NCBI GenBank assembly: GCA_037441675.1
Contig: JBBIRS010000009.1
Span: forward strand, 1 to 64,000
Direction: 5' to 3'
Source of the DNA: Planctomycetales bacterium
GTDB lineage: Bacteria; 4484-113
Length of the DNA: 64,000 nt
The stretch's first letter is position 1. Every line of letters starts with the position of its first letter. Positions 50,260 to 60,535 of this stretch are shown piece by piece. The translations under genes were made by a program, and so were the position numbers. The notes beneath the pieces are model-generated. The model did not search any database, had not been told where the DNA came from, and saw only the letters and a list, made by a program, of their open reading frames with translations.

Positions 50260-51300
50260 GTGTCTTTTAGAAACTTTGATAAAATATCGGGGAAATTCTA
50301 TATGCCAAACGAAGTTATTCTCCTTGGTCCTGAAAACTTAAAAGCTAAACATAGAGTAATAGAGCTTACTTCAATCAAGGAAGCTGATGGCAATTTCCAA
50401 ATTTCCTACCATATACATAATCCCTTTACTGGAAAACATCATTACTTTGACTTAACAGTCCCCAAGGAAGTAACGCCAATAGACCCAATCTGGGATGAGA
50501 TTACTAGAAAGTTTGATGAGCTTTTCGTAAGAAAGGAAAACTCGCTCGTTTATCGGGACATACTAAGAACCCTTGTAATTGAAGAAATTTATAAACGCAC
50601 GAAGAAACCACCAAAGCGAGAGGTAGTGGAAAAACCTACCACTTTGAAAGAAGCACCTCCAAAGGATGAGCGTAGCCAGAAGTTTGCGACCCTTGTCGAT
50701 CTCACAAAGAAGATAGCGGAGATGAATGCGATAGTTGAGTCGGAATCGCAACCTGAAAGTGAGAGGAAGAAGGCGGAGATACGGCTAAAGGCATTCAGCG
50801 CAAAGGCTGAGACTATAGCGAAAGAACTTGGCATTGACCTCTCAAAGCCACTGCCGGAGAAACTACCAGAAGAGCCAGCGGGAGATGACCTGACCAAACG
50901 ATATGAAGCATTAAAGGTGCTAGCTGCGAAGATTCAAGAGATGGAAAAACTAGTTCAGGATGAATCTCAACCTGAGAGCGAGAGAAAGAAGGCAGAGATC
51001 CGCTTAAAAGCTTTCAGAACCAAAGCGGAAACGGAGGCAAAGGAGCTTGGCGTTGATATATCAAAGCCTCTGCCGGAAAGTTTGTCATCAACCGGCGAAA
51101 TCGAGATCGCAGAATCAAAAGATGAGAAGCTTAAGCTCATCAAATCCTTGATGGAAAAGATCAAGGAAATGGAGGGGATAGCTGAAGATGAGACTCAACC
51201 TGAAAGCGAGCGGGAAAAGGCGAAAATCAGAGCGCGCGCATTTAGGACAAAGGCTGAGAAAGAGGCAGAATCCGCAGGCATTGATATCAATAGTCTTTAG
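50260..51300 (+). CDS. Hypothetical protein with three ~60-aa helical repeats
   Basis: QPESER.KA.IR..AF..KAE..A...G.D repeated near 50749, 50968 and 51196. Confidence 0.75.
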   Translation: MSFRNFDKISGKFYMPNEVILLGPENLKAKHRVIELTSIKEADGNFQISYHIHNPFTGKHHYFDLTVPKEVTPIDPIWDEITRKFDELFVRKENSLVYRDILRTLVIEEIYKRTKKPPKREVVEKPTTLKEAPPKDERSQKFATLVDLTKKIAEMNAIVESESQPESERKKAEIRLKAFSAKAETIAKELGIDLSKPLPEKLPEEPAGDDLTKRYEALKVLAAKIQEMEKLVQDESQPESERKKAEIRLKAFRTKAETEAKELGVDISKPLPESLSSTGEIEIAESKDEKLKLIKSLMEKIKEMEGIAEDETQPESEREKAKIRARAFRTKAEKEAESAGIDINSL

Positions 51301-51308
51301 AGGGATAT

Positions 51309-51698
51309 ATGCAAGTTAAGAAGTCTCATAGAAAGAAAAATAGAGTTAGGAGCGAAGTTTGCCAGGAAGAAGTTCTTCATCACCAAGCGATTAGGCGGGT
51401 AACGGAACGCTTTCCATCTGAAAGCGTCTTCCTTAGAATGAGCGAATTCTACAAAGCCTTTTCCAGCCCATCTAGGGTCAAGATTCTATCCGCCCTATCC
51501 GCTAGCGAGCTTTGCGTATACGATATTGCCAGCATACTGAAACTTTCCCCATCCGCCGTGTCACATCAACTCAATTTACTTAAAACTCTGCGACTTGTAA
51601 AATCAAGAAGAGATCGTAAACAGATTTATTACAGCCTGGATGATGAGCATATACTCGCCATTCTGGCAATCGCAAGGGAGCATCTTGCGGAAAAATAA
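51309..51698 (+). CDS. SmtB/CadC-type ArsR metalloregulator
   Basis: R.KILSAL..ELCVYDIA..SAVSHQL..L; alpha5-type DDEH...EH. Confidence 0.92.
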   Translation: MQVKKSHRKKNRVRSEVCQEEVLHHQAIRRVTERFPSESVFLRMSEFYKAFSSPSRVKILSALSASELCVYDIASILKLSPSAVSHQLNLLKTLRLVKSRRDRKQIYYSLDDEHILAILAIAREHLAEK

Positions 51699-51869
51699 CT
51701 CTCCAGCTGAAAATCCCTTCCTTTTTGAAATGGCACTGAAAGAAATTAAAAGCTACTTACTTCTTCTTAGCCGAAGAAATGGTATAAAGAGGCAACTGGA
51801 TTAACCCTTCGATATTATGCTTAATAATACTTTCAGCGATTTATAACCAGCCAAAGACGCAGACTAAAA

Positions 51870-54020
51870 ATGATGAAAAACTCTGTTACTACGAAGTTTC
51901 CTCGTAGGTATGCTAAAATTTGCTTATCTCAAAAAGGAGAGCTAAATTTGGCTAAAAGAATTTTCATTTCTTTTTTAATCCTCACTTTTGTAATCCTCAC
52001 TGCAATATCATCCTCTAAAGCAAATCGCTATGAAGAACTTTTGGGAGAATACACATCAACTTTTGAAAAGGCACTCGCCCAGGTAAATTTAACTTTATCA
52101 GATGTAACCTTTGACATTAACGATAGAAATATTTGGGGTGGCGATAAGTTCCGCCTTAGGTTCTTTGACACGCTTATCGAAAATCCGTTCAAGATAAGAA
52201 AATACATTCCGCTAATTGCGGATAACGCGGTTACTAATGCGGGCGATTTGCCAATGCTAATTACAATTGCACAGAGCAGGCTGAACTACGGGATTAGGCT
52301 CGGGTTAGTATCAGATCCGCTTGAATTATATAAGAAGAAACTTGAAGAGACGCTTCCCGAAAATTACTTGATTGACGGTATTAGTTCTCTATACAAGGTC
52401 ACAAACCAGTCTCTAACTGACACAGAGCGCTCTTACATAACCCAGACGAGCACGGGTATTCCAGTTGAGTTAGGCAAGTCAACCGCTCTATTTCTCTACG
52501 CGCTTGCGGATATTATTACTTATCGGAATTTTGCACTTAAATCCGTAAGTGATTTCATTCAGAAGAGCGAAATAACTGACACTGTTGACACTTTCGTGCG
52601 CTCCGCTGCTGAGGAAATTGAGAATGAAGCTTTGGAGAAAGACTTAGGTTTTGCGTACTTCACTGAGTATTTACTGGATAACTTTGACTTTAACTACCTG
52701 AACACTGGTGGGGAACTGCTAGCATTTGTGACCAAGGAAATGCTTAATCAACTTACTACCTCCGAGTTTAAGGGCGAATTTAGCTTCACCTTTGAAACAC
52801 CCTATGGCGTAATCGCTTTGAATGGAAATCAGCAGGATAGTTACGCATCTGGAATGCCTTACCTTCTAGTTATAGATACGGGAGGAAATGATACTTACTT
52901 TGGTGGGGCTGGAAATGTTTCTATGCAAAACCCAGTAAGCGCATTAATAGACCTAAAAGGCGACGATGTATACCAAAATGAAGAAAGACTTATTCCTTCC
53001 TTTGGGGCGGGAGTTTTTGGCTACGGTTTTCTTTTTGATCTTGATGGCAAGGATAGCTACTCATCCGAATTTGTATCACAGGGCGCGGGCATCTTCGGCG
53101 TTGGCGTCTTGTTTGATAAAGCGGGAAATGATACTTACAAGGGAGTTTCGAACGTTCAGGGCGCTGGAACTTACGGAACTGGTATTCTCTCTGACATTGG
53201 AGGTAATGATTACTACGAGTGCTACCAGCTTGGTCAGGGCTACGGCTTTACCAAAGGCGTAGGCTTGCTTCTTGATTCATCTGGCGATGACAGATACACC
53301 GCCAATGATACGGACATTCGTTTTCCCTCATCGCAAACCAAGGAGCATAACTCATCGCTTGCGCAGGGATGCGGATTTGGAAGGCGTAACGATTATCTTA
53401 CTGGACACTCCTGGGCAGGCGGTATTGGAATGCTTTTTGATGTGGTGGGAAATGATAACTACTCCTGTGGGGTTTTTGGCCAGGGCGTCGGGTATTGGTA
53501 TGGAACTGGAATCCTTTTAGATAAAGCTGGAGATGATACTTATAAGGGGATATGGTACGTTCAGGGCGCATCCGCTCACTTTGCGCTTGGAATTGTTGAA
53601 GACTTGGAAGGAAGTGACAGGTACACTGCAAGCATGAATATGGCGCAGGGCGCGGGACACGACTTCTCCATCGGCTGGCTACACGATAGCTCCGGTAATG
53701 ACACCTACAAAGCTCCGAATTTATCCCTCGGGGGGGGTAACGCCAATGGCATAGGCATCTTCTGGGACGAGAAGGGAGATGATAGCTACACCTCAAGCGG
53801 AACAACTCTTGGCAAGGCAAATCCACCCGGCGGGGGTTTGAGGGATATTATCATCTGCCTTGGATTGTTCGCTGATACGGGCGGGAACGATACCTACCCC
53901 GCAGATGTGCCTATTGCTGGAAACAACAAGAGCTGGTCTCAATTTGGTGAAACTGAGGGTAAAAGGTTACCTGCGGTCAAAGGCGTGGGAATTGACACAA
54001 TAGTAGTTGGCTCATTGTAA
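51870..54020 (+). CDS. Secreted protein with tandem G.G.L.D..G.D.Y repeats (likely start TTG 51948)
   Basis: Signal peptide; about a dozen DxxG(N/D)DxY units; AAGGAG SD before 51948. Confidence 0.75.
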   Translation: MMKNSVTTKFPRRYAKICLSQKGELNLAKRIFISFLILTFVILTAISSSKANRYEELLGEYTSTFEKALAQVNLTLSDVTFDINDRNIWGGDKFRLRFFDTLIENPFKIRKYIPLIADNAVTNAGDLPMLITIAQSRLNYGIRLGLVSDPLELYKKKLEETLPENYLIDGISSLYKVTNQSLTDTERSYITQTSTGIPVELGKSTALFLYALADIITYRNFALKSVSDFIQKSEITDTVDTFVRSAAEEIENEALEKDLGFAYFTEYLLDNFDFNYLNTGGELLAFVTKEMLNQLTTSEFKGEFSFTFETPYGVIALNGNQQDSYASGMPYLLVIDTGGNDTYFGGAGNVSMQNPVSALIDLKGDDVYQNEERLIPSFGAGVFGYGFLFDLDGKDSYSSEFVSQGAGIFGVGVLFDKAGNDTYKGVSNVQGAGTYGTGILSDIGGNDYYECYQLGQGYGFTKGVGLLLDSSGDDRYTANDTDIRFPSSQTKEHNSSLAQGCGFGRRNDYLTGHSWAGGIGMLFDVVGNDNYSCGVFGQGVGYWYGTGILLDKAGDDTYKGIWYVQGASAHFALGIVEDLEGSDRYTASMNMAQGAGHDFSIGWLHDSSGNDTYKAPNLSLGGGNANGIGIFWDEKGDDSYTSSGTTLGKANPPGGGLRDIIICLGLFADTGGNDTYPADVPIAGNNKSWSQFGETEGKRLPAVKGVGIDTIVVGSL

Positions 54021-54208
54021 CTTCCATTTTGATATCCCTCCGCGCTCTTTTTCAGAGTTTCCAGACGCGCTGATTCATCTGAAGAATACGGATTATCCCA
54101 TTTCTTGAGATATGGGTTTATCTCACGCTGAATTTCCTGAGAGGGGAGACTAGATATTTACCGCTTGTGCTTTAGTTGAATCATCCTCTATGCTAGAATG
54201 AGTTTCAA

Positions 54209-55312
54209 TTGATGAGTCGACTGGATAAGCTCGCCCTCATTGAACTTTTGCCAGCATTCACTTACTCCCTCTTTGCGTTTATAGTACTTGTCATTCTCGC
54301 AGGAGTGATGAAGCCTGTAATTGAGATAATGACCAAGTATGGTGTTGGTGGAGACGTGGTTCTTAAGTACTTTTTTCTAGCGCTACCACAATGGATTGTA
54401 TTCACGTTCCCAATGGCTGTCCTTACTGGGACAATGATGGCAGTCTCCGCCCTTTCTAGCCATTTTGAAATTGTAGCGGTTCGAGGAGTTGGCATCAGTT
54501 TGGTGCGATTTACACTGCCCTTCGTTGGGTTTGCCCTACTTATCGTAGGCTTCACGTTTCTCTTAAACGAGAAGGTCGCTCCCTACACAAATAGAATGCT
54601 TCAAGACCTAGAAAGGGATATAGTCCTTGGCAAAACGGGAAAGATTGAGGAGGACCTCGTCAACCTTAGGTTAATGCAGGGCGGTAAATTAAGATACTTT
54701 CTCGTAGCGGATAAGCTACGTGGAAACTCACTTACACGGGTCAACCTTTTTTCATTTAATCCAGAGAAAGAAAGTGAGAATTTTTATCTTCGCTCAGAAA
54801 ACGCAACCTGGACGGGCGACCGCTGGCAATTCTTTAATGGCATCGTCTACAACTTTCAGCCTGACGGAACAGTAATAACTACGAAATTTGCTTCAACAGT
54901 GGCGGAGGAATTTGCGATGACACCAAGGGAAATTTCAAAGCTAAGCCGAGACCCAAGCGAACTCACCATAAGCGAGCTCAAGGATGTTATCAGGCATTTC
55001 AAAGAAGAGGAAAGATTGACCTCATCACAACTTCTCAGGTTCCAGGTTGATTACTTCTTCAAGTACTCAATCCCACTCTCGCCAATCTTCTTCGTTCTAA
55101 TTGCAGTTCCACTTGCGATTGTTCCAGTGCGGACTACCACCGCTGTAGGAATGGGATATTCCATCTTGATTCTGCTTTTGTATATTTTTCTTATTATAAT
55201 CTGTACTCAGGCTGGCAGAGGCGGGCTTATCCCACCAGCTCTCGCCGCATGGATACCGAACATTTCTGTGCTCTTAATCGGTGTGTGCCTGATTTGGCTT
55301 AAGAATAAATAA
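54209..55312 (+). CDS. LptF/LptG-family permease
   Basis: P.AVL.G..LS..EI.A.R..GIS..R; NE.VAP; AAWIPN. Confidence 0.88.
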   Translation: MMSRLDKLALIELLPAFTYSLFAFIVLVILAGVMKPVIEIMTKYGVGGDVVLKYFFLALPQWIVFTFPMAVLTGTMMAVSALSSHFEIVAVRGVGISLVRFTLPFVGFALLIVGFTFLLNEKVAPYTNRMLQDLERDIVLGKTGKIEEDLVNLRLMQGGKLRYFLVADKLRGNSLTRVNLFSFNPEKESENFYLRSENATWTGDRWQFFNGIVYNFQPDGTVITTKFASTVAEEFAMTPREISKLSRDPSELTISELKDVIRHFKEEERLTSSQLLRFQVDYFFKYSIPLSPIFFVLIAVPLAIVPVRTTTAVGMGYSILILLLYIFLIIICTQAGRGGLIPPALAAWIPNISVLLIGVCLIWLKNK

Positions 55313-55418
55313 AGAGCCACCGCCTCATTCTAATCCTTCAAACGAGTATCTCTCAGCTCTCAGCTTTTTTGAGTAACACATCAATCGCACGCTTAGTTAG
55401 TAGCTTAAGGGCAAATGG

Positions 55419-55730
55419 TTCATGAACTATTATCTATCCATCGACAAATTTTCTCATGCTCGGCTTTATTTTCACTGAAAGCCCTCAATAAATCCAACCA
55501 CAAATACGCACTCATCGTTGAATTGTATTTCTCCTTAAAAAGTACTCTAGATGCCACTCTCGCCATCACTAGCGCCAGTTCGTATCGTGTAAAAGGGCGG
55601 ACTGCTCATATGCCTTTAACGCTCAAGTCTGAATATCTCTTACAAATTATAACTTCATAGCTTCTGAGAATACTTCCGCAAATTTCTAGAAATTGAAATT
55701 TTTGCCAGTGGCTGGAAACTGGCAATCCCA
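55419..55730 (-). pseudogene. Degraded S-layer homology (SLH) domain remnant
   Basis: Minus frame reads PVSSHW...RYSDLSVKGI*AVRPFTRYELALVMAR with an in-frame TGA. Confidence 0.5.
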
Positions 55731-55747
55731 GTTGGAAATGAGTCTCT

Positions 55748-57190
55748 CTAGACGTGGTAAATGCTCGTTCCCTTGGGCATTCTTCTGGCGAGCCCAGACT
55801 TATGCGCAGACCTTGCCACCGCAGTTGCCACGTGCTTGAAGACTTTCCGATTGAAGACGCTTGGAATTATGTAATCTGCGGATAGCTCATCTTTTCCAAC
55901 AATATTTGCGATGGCGTATGCGGCAGAGTGCTTCATATCTTCATTTATGTCCCTCGCTCGGGCATCAAGCGCCCCGCGAAATATCCCCGGAAAGGCTAGC
56001 ACATTATTTATCTGATTTGGATAATCGCTTCTACCTGTGGCAATAATTGACGCTATTCCTTCACAATCCTCTGGCATAATTTCTGGCACGGGATTGCTCA
56101 TCGCAAAGATTATCGGCTCCTTATTCATCTTTTTAATATCCTTGCGAGTAAGTAATCCTGGACCTGAAAGACCTAAGAACATATCCGCATCTTCTAGAAC
56201 TTCCTTCAAGCTTCCCTTTTCCATTTTGGGATTAGTGTTATCAGCTACCCACATTTTAGCCTTGTTGTCTCCAACATCCCTGCCCTTGTAGATTGCGCCT
56301 TTTCTATCGCAAACGATGATGTTGCCAATTCCAAACTCTTTCAAAGTTTTAGTGCAAGCAATTCCGGATGCGCCAGCTCCGGATACAACAAGCTTCATCT
56401 TTGAAGGATTCTTCTTGGTGATTCTTAAGGCGTTGATTAGACCTGCAAGGACAACTACTGCTGTTCCATGCTGGTCATCGTGAAACACGGGTATATCTAG
56501 CTCGCGCTTCAAAGTTTCTTCAATGTAAAAACATCTTGGAGCAGAAATGTCCTCTAGGTTTATTCCGCCAAAACTTGGAGCGATCCACTTGCAGAATTTG
56601 ATAATTTCATCAGGGTCTTCAGTTGCGATACAAAGAGGAAAAGCGTCAACACCGCCAAACTCCTTGAACAAAATAGCTTTGCCCTCCATAACGGGCATCG
56701 CCGCCGCAGCGCCTATGTTTCCAAGCCCTAGAACTGAGCTACCATCTGAAACCACCGCAATGCAGTTCTTGCGAATGGTGAGGTTGAAGGAAGTCTTGTA
56801 GTCGTCATATATTGCCATACATACACGAGCCACACCAGGAGTGTATGCCATTGACATATCCGCTCGAGTCTTAAGCGGAACCTTGGAATGAACCTCCAAT
56901 TTTCCTCCAAGGTGCATCAGAAATGTATCATCTGAGACGGAATGAACTGTAACCCCCTTTATCCGCTGAATCGCCCTGATGACTTCCTCCGCATGCTCAG
57001 TGGATGAGCACTCAATTCCATAGTCCCTCAGGCTCTTGCCATTGCGAATCTGCACGAGGTCAATCGCGTGAATTACTCCACCTGCCTTGCCAATAACACC
57101 ACTTATCTTTGATATCCAGCCGGGCGCATGCGGGCATTCTATCCTCATGGTTATCTCATACTGCGCGCTTGGAGTGATTCTTGATACCAT
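55748..57190 (-). CDS. NAD(P)-dependent malic enzyme with an N-terminal ACT domain
   Basis: AYTPGVA; VLGLGNIG; MEGKA; INLEDI; HDDQHGTA; GAGASG; GRSDYPNQINN. Confidence 0.95.
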   Translation of the reverse strand: MVSRITPSAQYEITMRIECPHAPGWISKISGVIGKAGGVIHAIDLVQIRNGKSLRDYGIECSSTEHAEEVIRAIQRIKGVTVHSVSDDTFLMHLGGKLEVHSKVPLKTRADMSMAYTPGVARVCMAIYDDYKTSFNLTIRKNCIAVVSDGSSVLGLGNIGAAAAMPVMEGKAILFKEFGGVDAFPLCIATEDPDEIIKFCKWIAPSFGGINLEDISAPRCFYIEETLKRELDIPVFHDDQHGTAVVVLAGLINALRITKKNPSKMKLVVSGAGASGIACTKTLKEFGIGNIIVCDRKGAIYKGRDVGDNKAKMWVADNTNPKMEKGSLKEVLEDADMFLGLSGPGLLTRKDIKKMNKEPIIFAMSNPVPEIMPEDCEGIASIIATGRSDYPNQINNVLAFPGIFRGALDARARDINEDMKHSAAYAIANIVGKDELSADYIIPSVFNRKVFKHVATAVARSAHKSGLARRMPKGTSIYHV

Positions 57191-57525
57191 TCTTAGCCCT
57201 CCTTTTCACATAAATTCTACCATATTTGTGAAAATCGTCACTAACTTTTAGCCAAATGACGAATGATGAAATTTCTGCTAGAAGTTTCATTCAAACTTTA
57301 GCCCTTACAATAATGCGACTGAGAACATTGACGCTGAATTACCAAAAGGGAACATTGCAAGACTTCCAAATTAAGCTAGTTTGTCCCCTAGTCGCATCCC
57401 GCGAAGTTTAGCCCAAGGTTGACGCCTTTTTCTCGTGTTTCAAGGATATGAGAAACAAATGGCTTTCAGTTTAAGAACTATAACGCAAGTTCCGTTAAAG
57501 AATTGTTCACAGGGAGGTAAGAAAG

Positions 57526-58755
57526 CTATAAGGATGAAACGAGCTCGTCAATAACTTCAAGGAAGTAATCAATATCGTTGTCAGGGGTGAGAAAGGCGGG
57601 GCTGACGCGGACAGCGCCTCCTCTCTCCGCAGTGCCGAAAAACTCGTGTGACATTGGTGAGCAATGAAGCCCCGCGCGATTTGCGATATGGTAATGCTCC
57701 GCTAGAATTGTCCCGATATCGGATGGCTCGTGACCATCAATGTTGAAAGAGATCGGACCGCAACGCAAAGAACTATCCTGAGGACCTACAACGCTTATCC
57801 CTGGCAACTCTTGCAGATGGTTAAGGATTCTCTTATGCTTCTCTGAAGTAATATACTGTATTCTATCTAAGCCTGTATCAAAGATAAAATCCAGAGAGGC
57901 GTCAAGAGCAATTATTCCAAGAACGTTTGGAGTTCCAGATTCGTAGAAGGTGGGCATTTCATTCGGCAGGTCGTAGAGCTGACTGAGTTTGCCAGTCCCC
58001 CCAACTCTAAGAGGTTCAGGTCTGATCCCATCACGGAGGAAGAGAATTCCTGTGCCAGGAAGGCTCAGCAGAGATTTATGTCCGGGGGCAGCAAGTATTG
58101 AGATGTTCATCTCTTCAACATCTATATGATGGCAACCTGCGGACTGAGCAGAGTCCACCATAAATGGCACCCCGCGAGCACCTGCAACCATTCCAATTTC
58201 CTTTAGCGGTTGAATTGTCCCGGAAACGTTGCTTATATGGTTCACGCAAATTAGCTTTGTTCTTTCACTTATGAGCCCCTCTATTGCCTCGGGGATAACT
58301 ATACCGTTTTCATCTGAAGGAATTGGGCAGAATTTAATGTTGCGCTGTTTCTTTAAGTAGTGAAGAGCCCGTGAAACAGCATGATGCTCTAAATGAGAAA
58401 TTAGAATCTCGTCGCCATCATTCAGAAGTCCGAAGAGCGCGAGGTTAATGCCATCAGTGGCGGAGTAAGTAAATATTATGTTATGAGGGTTTTTAACATT
58501 AAAGAGCTTAGCAAGTTTCACCCGAGTTCTGGCTACAATTTCGTCTGGATTAATTTTCGAGAAATAACTTCCTCTTCCTACAGTTAAGCCAACTTCCCGA
58601 ACCGCCTCACTAACCGCAAGATTAACTATTTCAGGTTTCGGATACGACGTTGAAGCGTTATCCAAATACACCTGTCCCTCATTAATACTCACGCCCATAG
58701 AATCGCTCCTTTGGGTAAAGCATTTATAAATTCTGCTCGACTCACAGAGAAACAA
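57526..58755 (-). CDS. Cysteine desulfurase-family class V aminotransferase (likely start 58698)
   Basis: YLDNASTSYPKP; DSAQSAG; PGHK; ESGTPN; RAGLHCSP. Confidence 0.92.
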   Translation of the reverse strand: MFLCESSRIYKCFTQRSDSMGVSINEGQVYLDNASTSYPKPEIVNLAVSEAVREVGLTVGRGSYFSKINPDEIVARTRVKLAKLFNVKNPHNIIFTYSATDGINLALFGLLNDGDEILISHLEHHAVSRALHYLKKQRNIKFCPIPSDENGIVIPEAIEGLISERTKLICVNHISNVSGTIQPLKEIGMVAGARGVPFMVDSAQSAGCHHIDVEEMNISILAAPGHKSLLSLPGTGILFLRDGIRPEPLRVGGTGKLSQLYDLPNEMPTFYESGTPNVLGIIALDASLDFIFDTGLDRIQYITSEKHKRILNHLQELPGISVVGPQDSSLRCGPISFNIDGHEPSDIGTILAEHYHIANRAGLHCSPMSHEFFGTAERGGAVRVSPAFLTPDNDIDYFLEVIDELVSSL

Positions 58756-58873
58756 AGGCTTAAATTTAAGGTAAACACAAAACCCTCTTTAGGAATAAAA
58801 ATTCAGCCTTTTACAAGTATACCTAATGCAACTACATGTCAGACTATGATAGCTGGTAAAATGTGAAACTGCA

Positions 58874-60478
58874 ATGAAACCAGTCGTTCTTCTTATTCTA
58901 GATGGTTGGGGATACCGTAAAAGCCAAGAGGGAAATGCAATCGCGCTTGCCAAAACGCCAAACTGGGATTTTGTCATTCAGGAATTTCCTTGGACGCTTC
59001 TTCACTGTCAAGGTGAATGGGTTGGGCTTTCACCTGGGCAAATGGGAAACAGCGAAGTTGGACATCTTAACATTGGCGCAGGGAGAAAAGTCCTTCAGCC
59101 GCTAACAATGATTGATACTATGATTGAAAATGAGGAGTTTTTTAGACATACTGGCCTATTAAATATTCTTAGAAACGCTAAAGGGGCGGGAGGAAGAGTT
59201 CACATAATGGGTCTAGTCTCGGATGGTGGAGTTCACTCACACATTAGACATCTTTTCGCTCTACTAGATACTTGCGAACAGAACCAGATTGAGAACGTTT
59301 GTGTTCATGCCTTTCTTGACGGGCGTGACACTAGCCCGAGAGCAGGAATAGGTTTCATTGAAGATTTGCTTAAGAAATTAGCAAGTTATAGACCAAGGGC
59401 TGAGCTTGCCAGCGTTTCCGGAAGATATTTCGCCATGGACAGGGATAAGCGATGGGAGAGAACAGAAAAGGCATATCGGGCGATAGCCCTCGGGATGGCG
59501 GAGAAAACAATAAGCAATCCTTTGCATCATCTTCAAAAATCCTACGAGTTTGGGGAGACTGATGAGTTTGTGGTGCCTTTCGTTGTTGCCGAAGGGGAGG
59601 TTGATGGCGCACGAAAAGGCGATCCGTTAAGTATGCATCCCGAGGATGCGGTTATTTTTTTCAACTTCCGCGAAGATAGAGCAAGGCAACTCACCTACGC
59701 GCTTACGAAACAGGATTTTTTGCACTTTTCACGGCCAATTAAAATTGAACACTTCTTCAGCTTTTCCAAATACTCTGAGGAGCTTGATTTTCCAACTCTG
59801 CTTACCTGTAACGAATTGCCCGATACCGTTACAGAGGTACTTAGTAAACTGAACTTGCCCGTTTTCAAATGCGCTGAGACGGAAAAATACGCCCATGTCA
59901 CTTACTTCTTTAACGGCGGAAGGGAAGCACCCTTTGAGCTAGAGGAAAGAGTCTTAGTGCCTTCGCCTAAGGTTGCAACGTATGATATAAAGCCTGAAAT
60001 GAGCGCCTATGAAGTTACTGCGGAAGCGGTAAAAGCCATTAAAGAGGGAAGACACGCTCTTTATGTAATCAATCTGGCAAACGGTGATATGGTGGGGCAC
60101 ACAGGCAATCTGAGTGCAGGAATAAAGGCTGCGGAGGCTGTTGATTTATGTCTTGGTAGGTTCCTTGAAGTAACAAACGAAGGAAAGGATGCCTTCTTGC
60201 TCATTACATCGGATCATGGAAACTTTGAAGAGATGCTCGCTGAAGACCAGAAAACCGCATCTACCCAACACTCGTTAAATCCAGTCCCTTTCATTCTTGT
60301 TGGTCCTGATACAAATCTTCGATTCGACCTTAGAAATGAGGAGGGCTATCTGCCCGATGATGCAGGCGCAGAAGCTCTAGCTGAGAATCAGTCCTTGAGG
60401 GATATAATTCCAACTGCCCTTAAGCTAATGGAAATTGAACCACCCGAAGTTATGAACGGATCCCCTTTGCAGTTGTAA
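58874..60478 (+). CDS. gpmI: 2,3-bisphosphoglycerate-independent phosphoglycerate mutase
   Basis: ILDGWG; MGNSEVGH; SDGGVHSH; AETEKYAHVT; DMVGHTG; TSDHGN. Confidence 0.97.
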   Translation: MKPVVLLILDGWGYRKSQEGNAIALAKTPNWDFVIQEFPWTLLHCQGEWVGLSPGQMGNSEVGHLNIGAGRKVLQPLTMIDTMIENEEFFRHTGLLNILRNAKGAGGRVHIMGLVSDGGVHSHIRHLFALLDTCEQNQIENVCVHAFLDGRDTSPRAGIGFIEDLLKKLASYRPRAELASVSGRYFAMDRDKRWERTEKAYRAIALGMAEKTISNPLHHLQKSYEFGETDEFVVPFVVAEGEVDGARKGDPLSMHPEDAVIFFNFREDRARQLTYALTKQDFLHFSRPIKIEHFFSFSKYSEELDFPTLLTCNELPDTVTEVLSKLNLPVFKCAETEKYAHVTYFFNGGREAPFELEERVLVPSPKVATYDIKPEMSAYEVTAEAVKAIKEGRHALYVINLANGDMVGHTGNLSAGIKAAEAVDLCLGRFLEVTNEGKDAFLLITSDHGNFEEMLAEDQKTASTQHSLNPVPFILVGPDTNLRFDLRNEEGYLPDDAGAEALAENQSLRDIIPTALKLMEIEPPEVMNGSPLQL

Positions 60479-60535
60479 TTTGGACTTCACCAATCGTTGA
60501 GTTTATACTTTTAGCGCAAGAGGAGCCAGAGAAAG

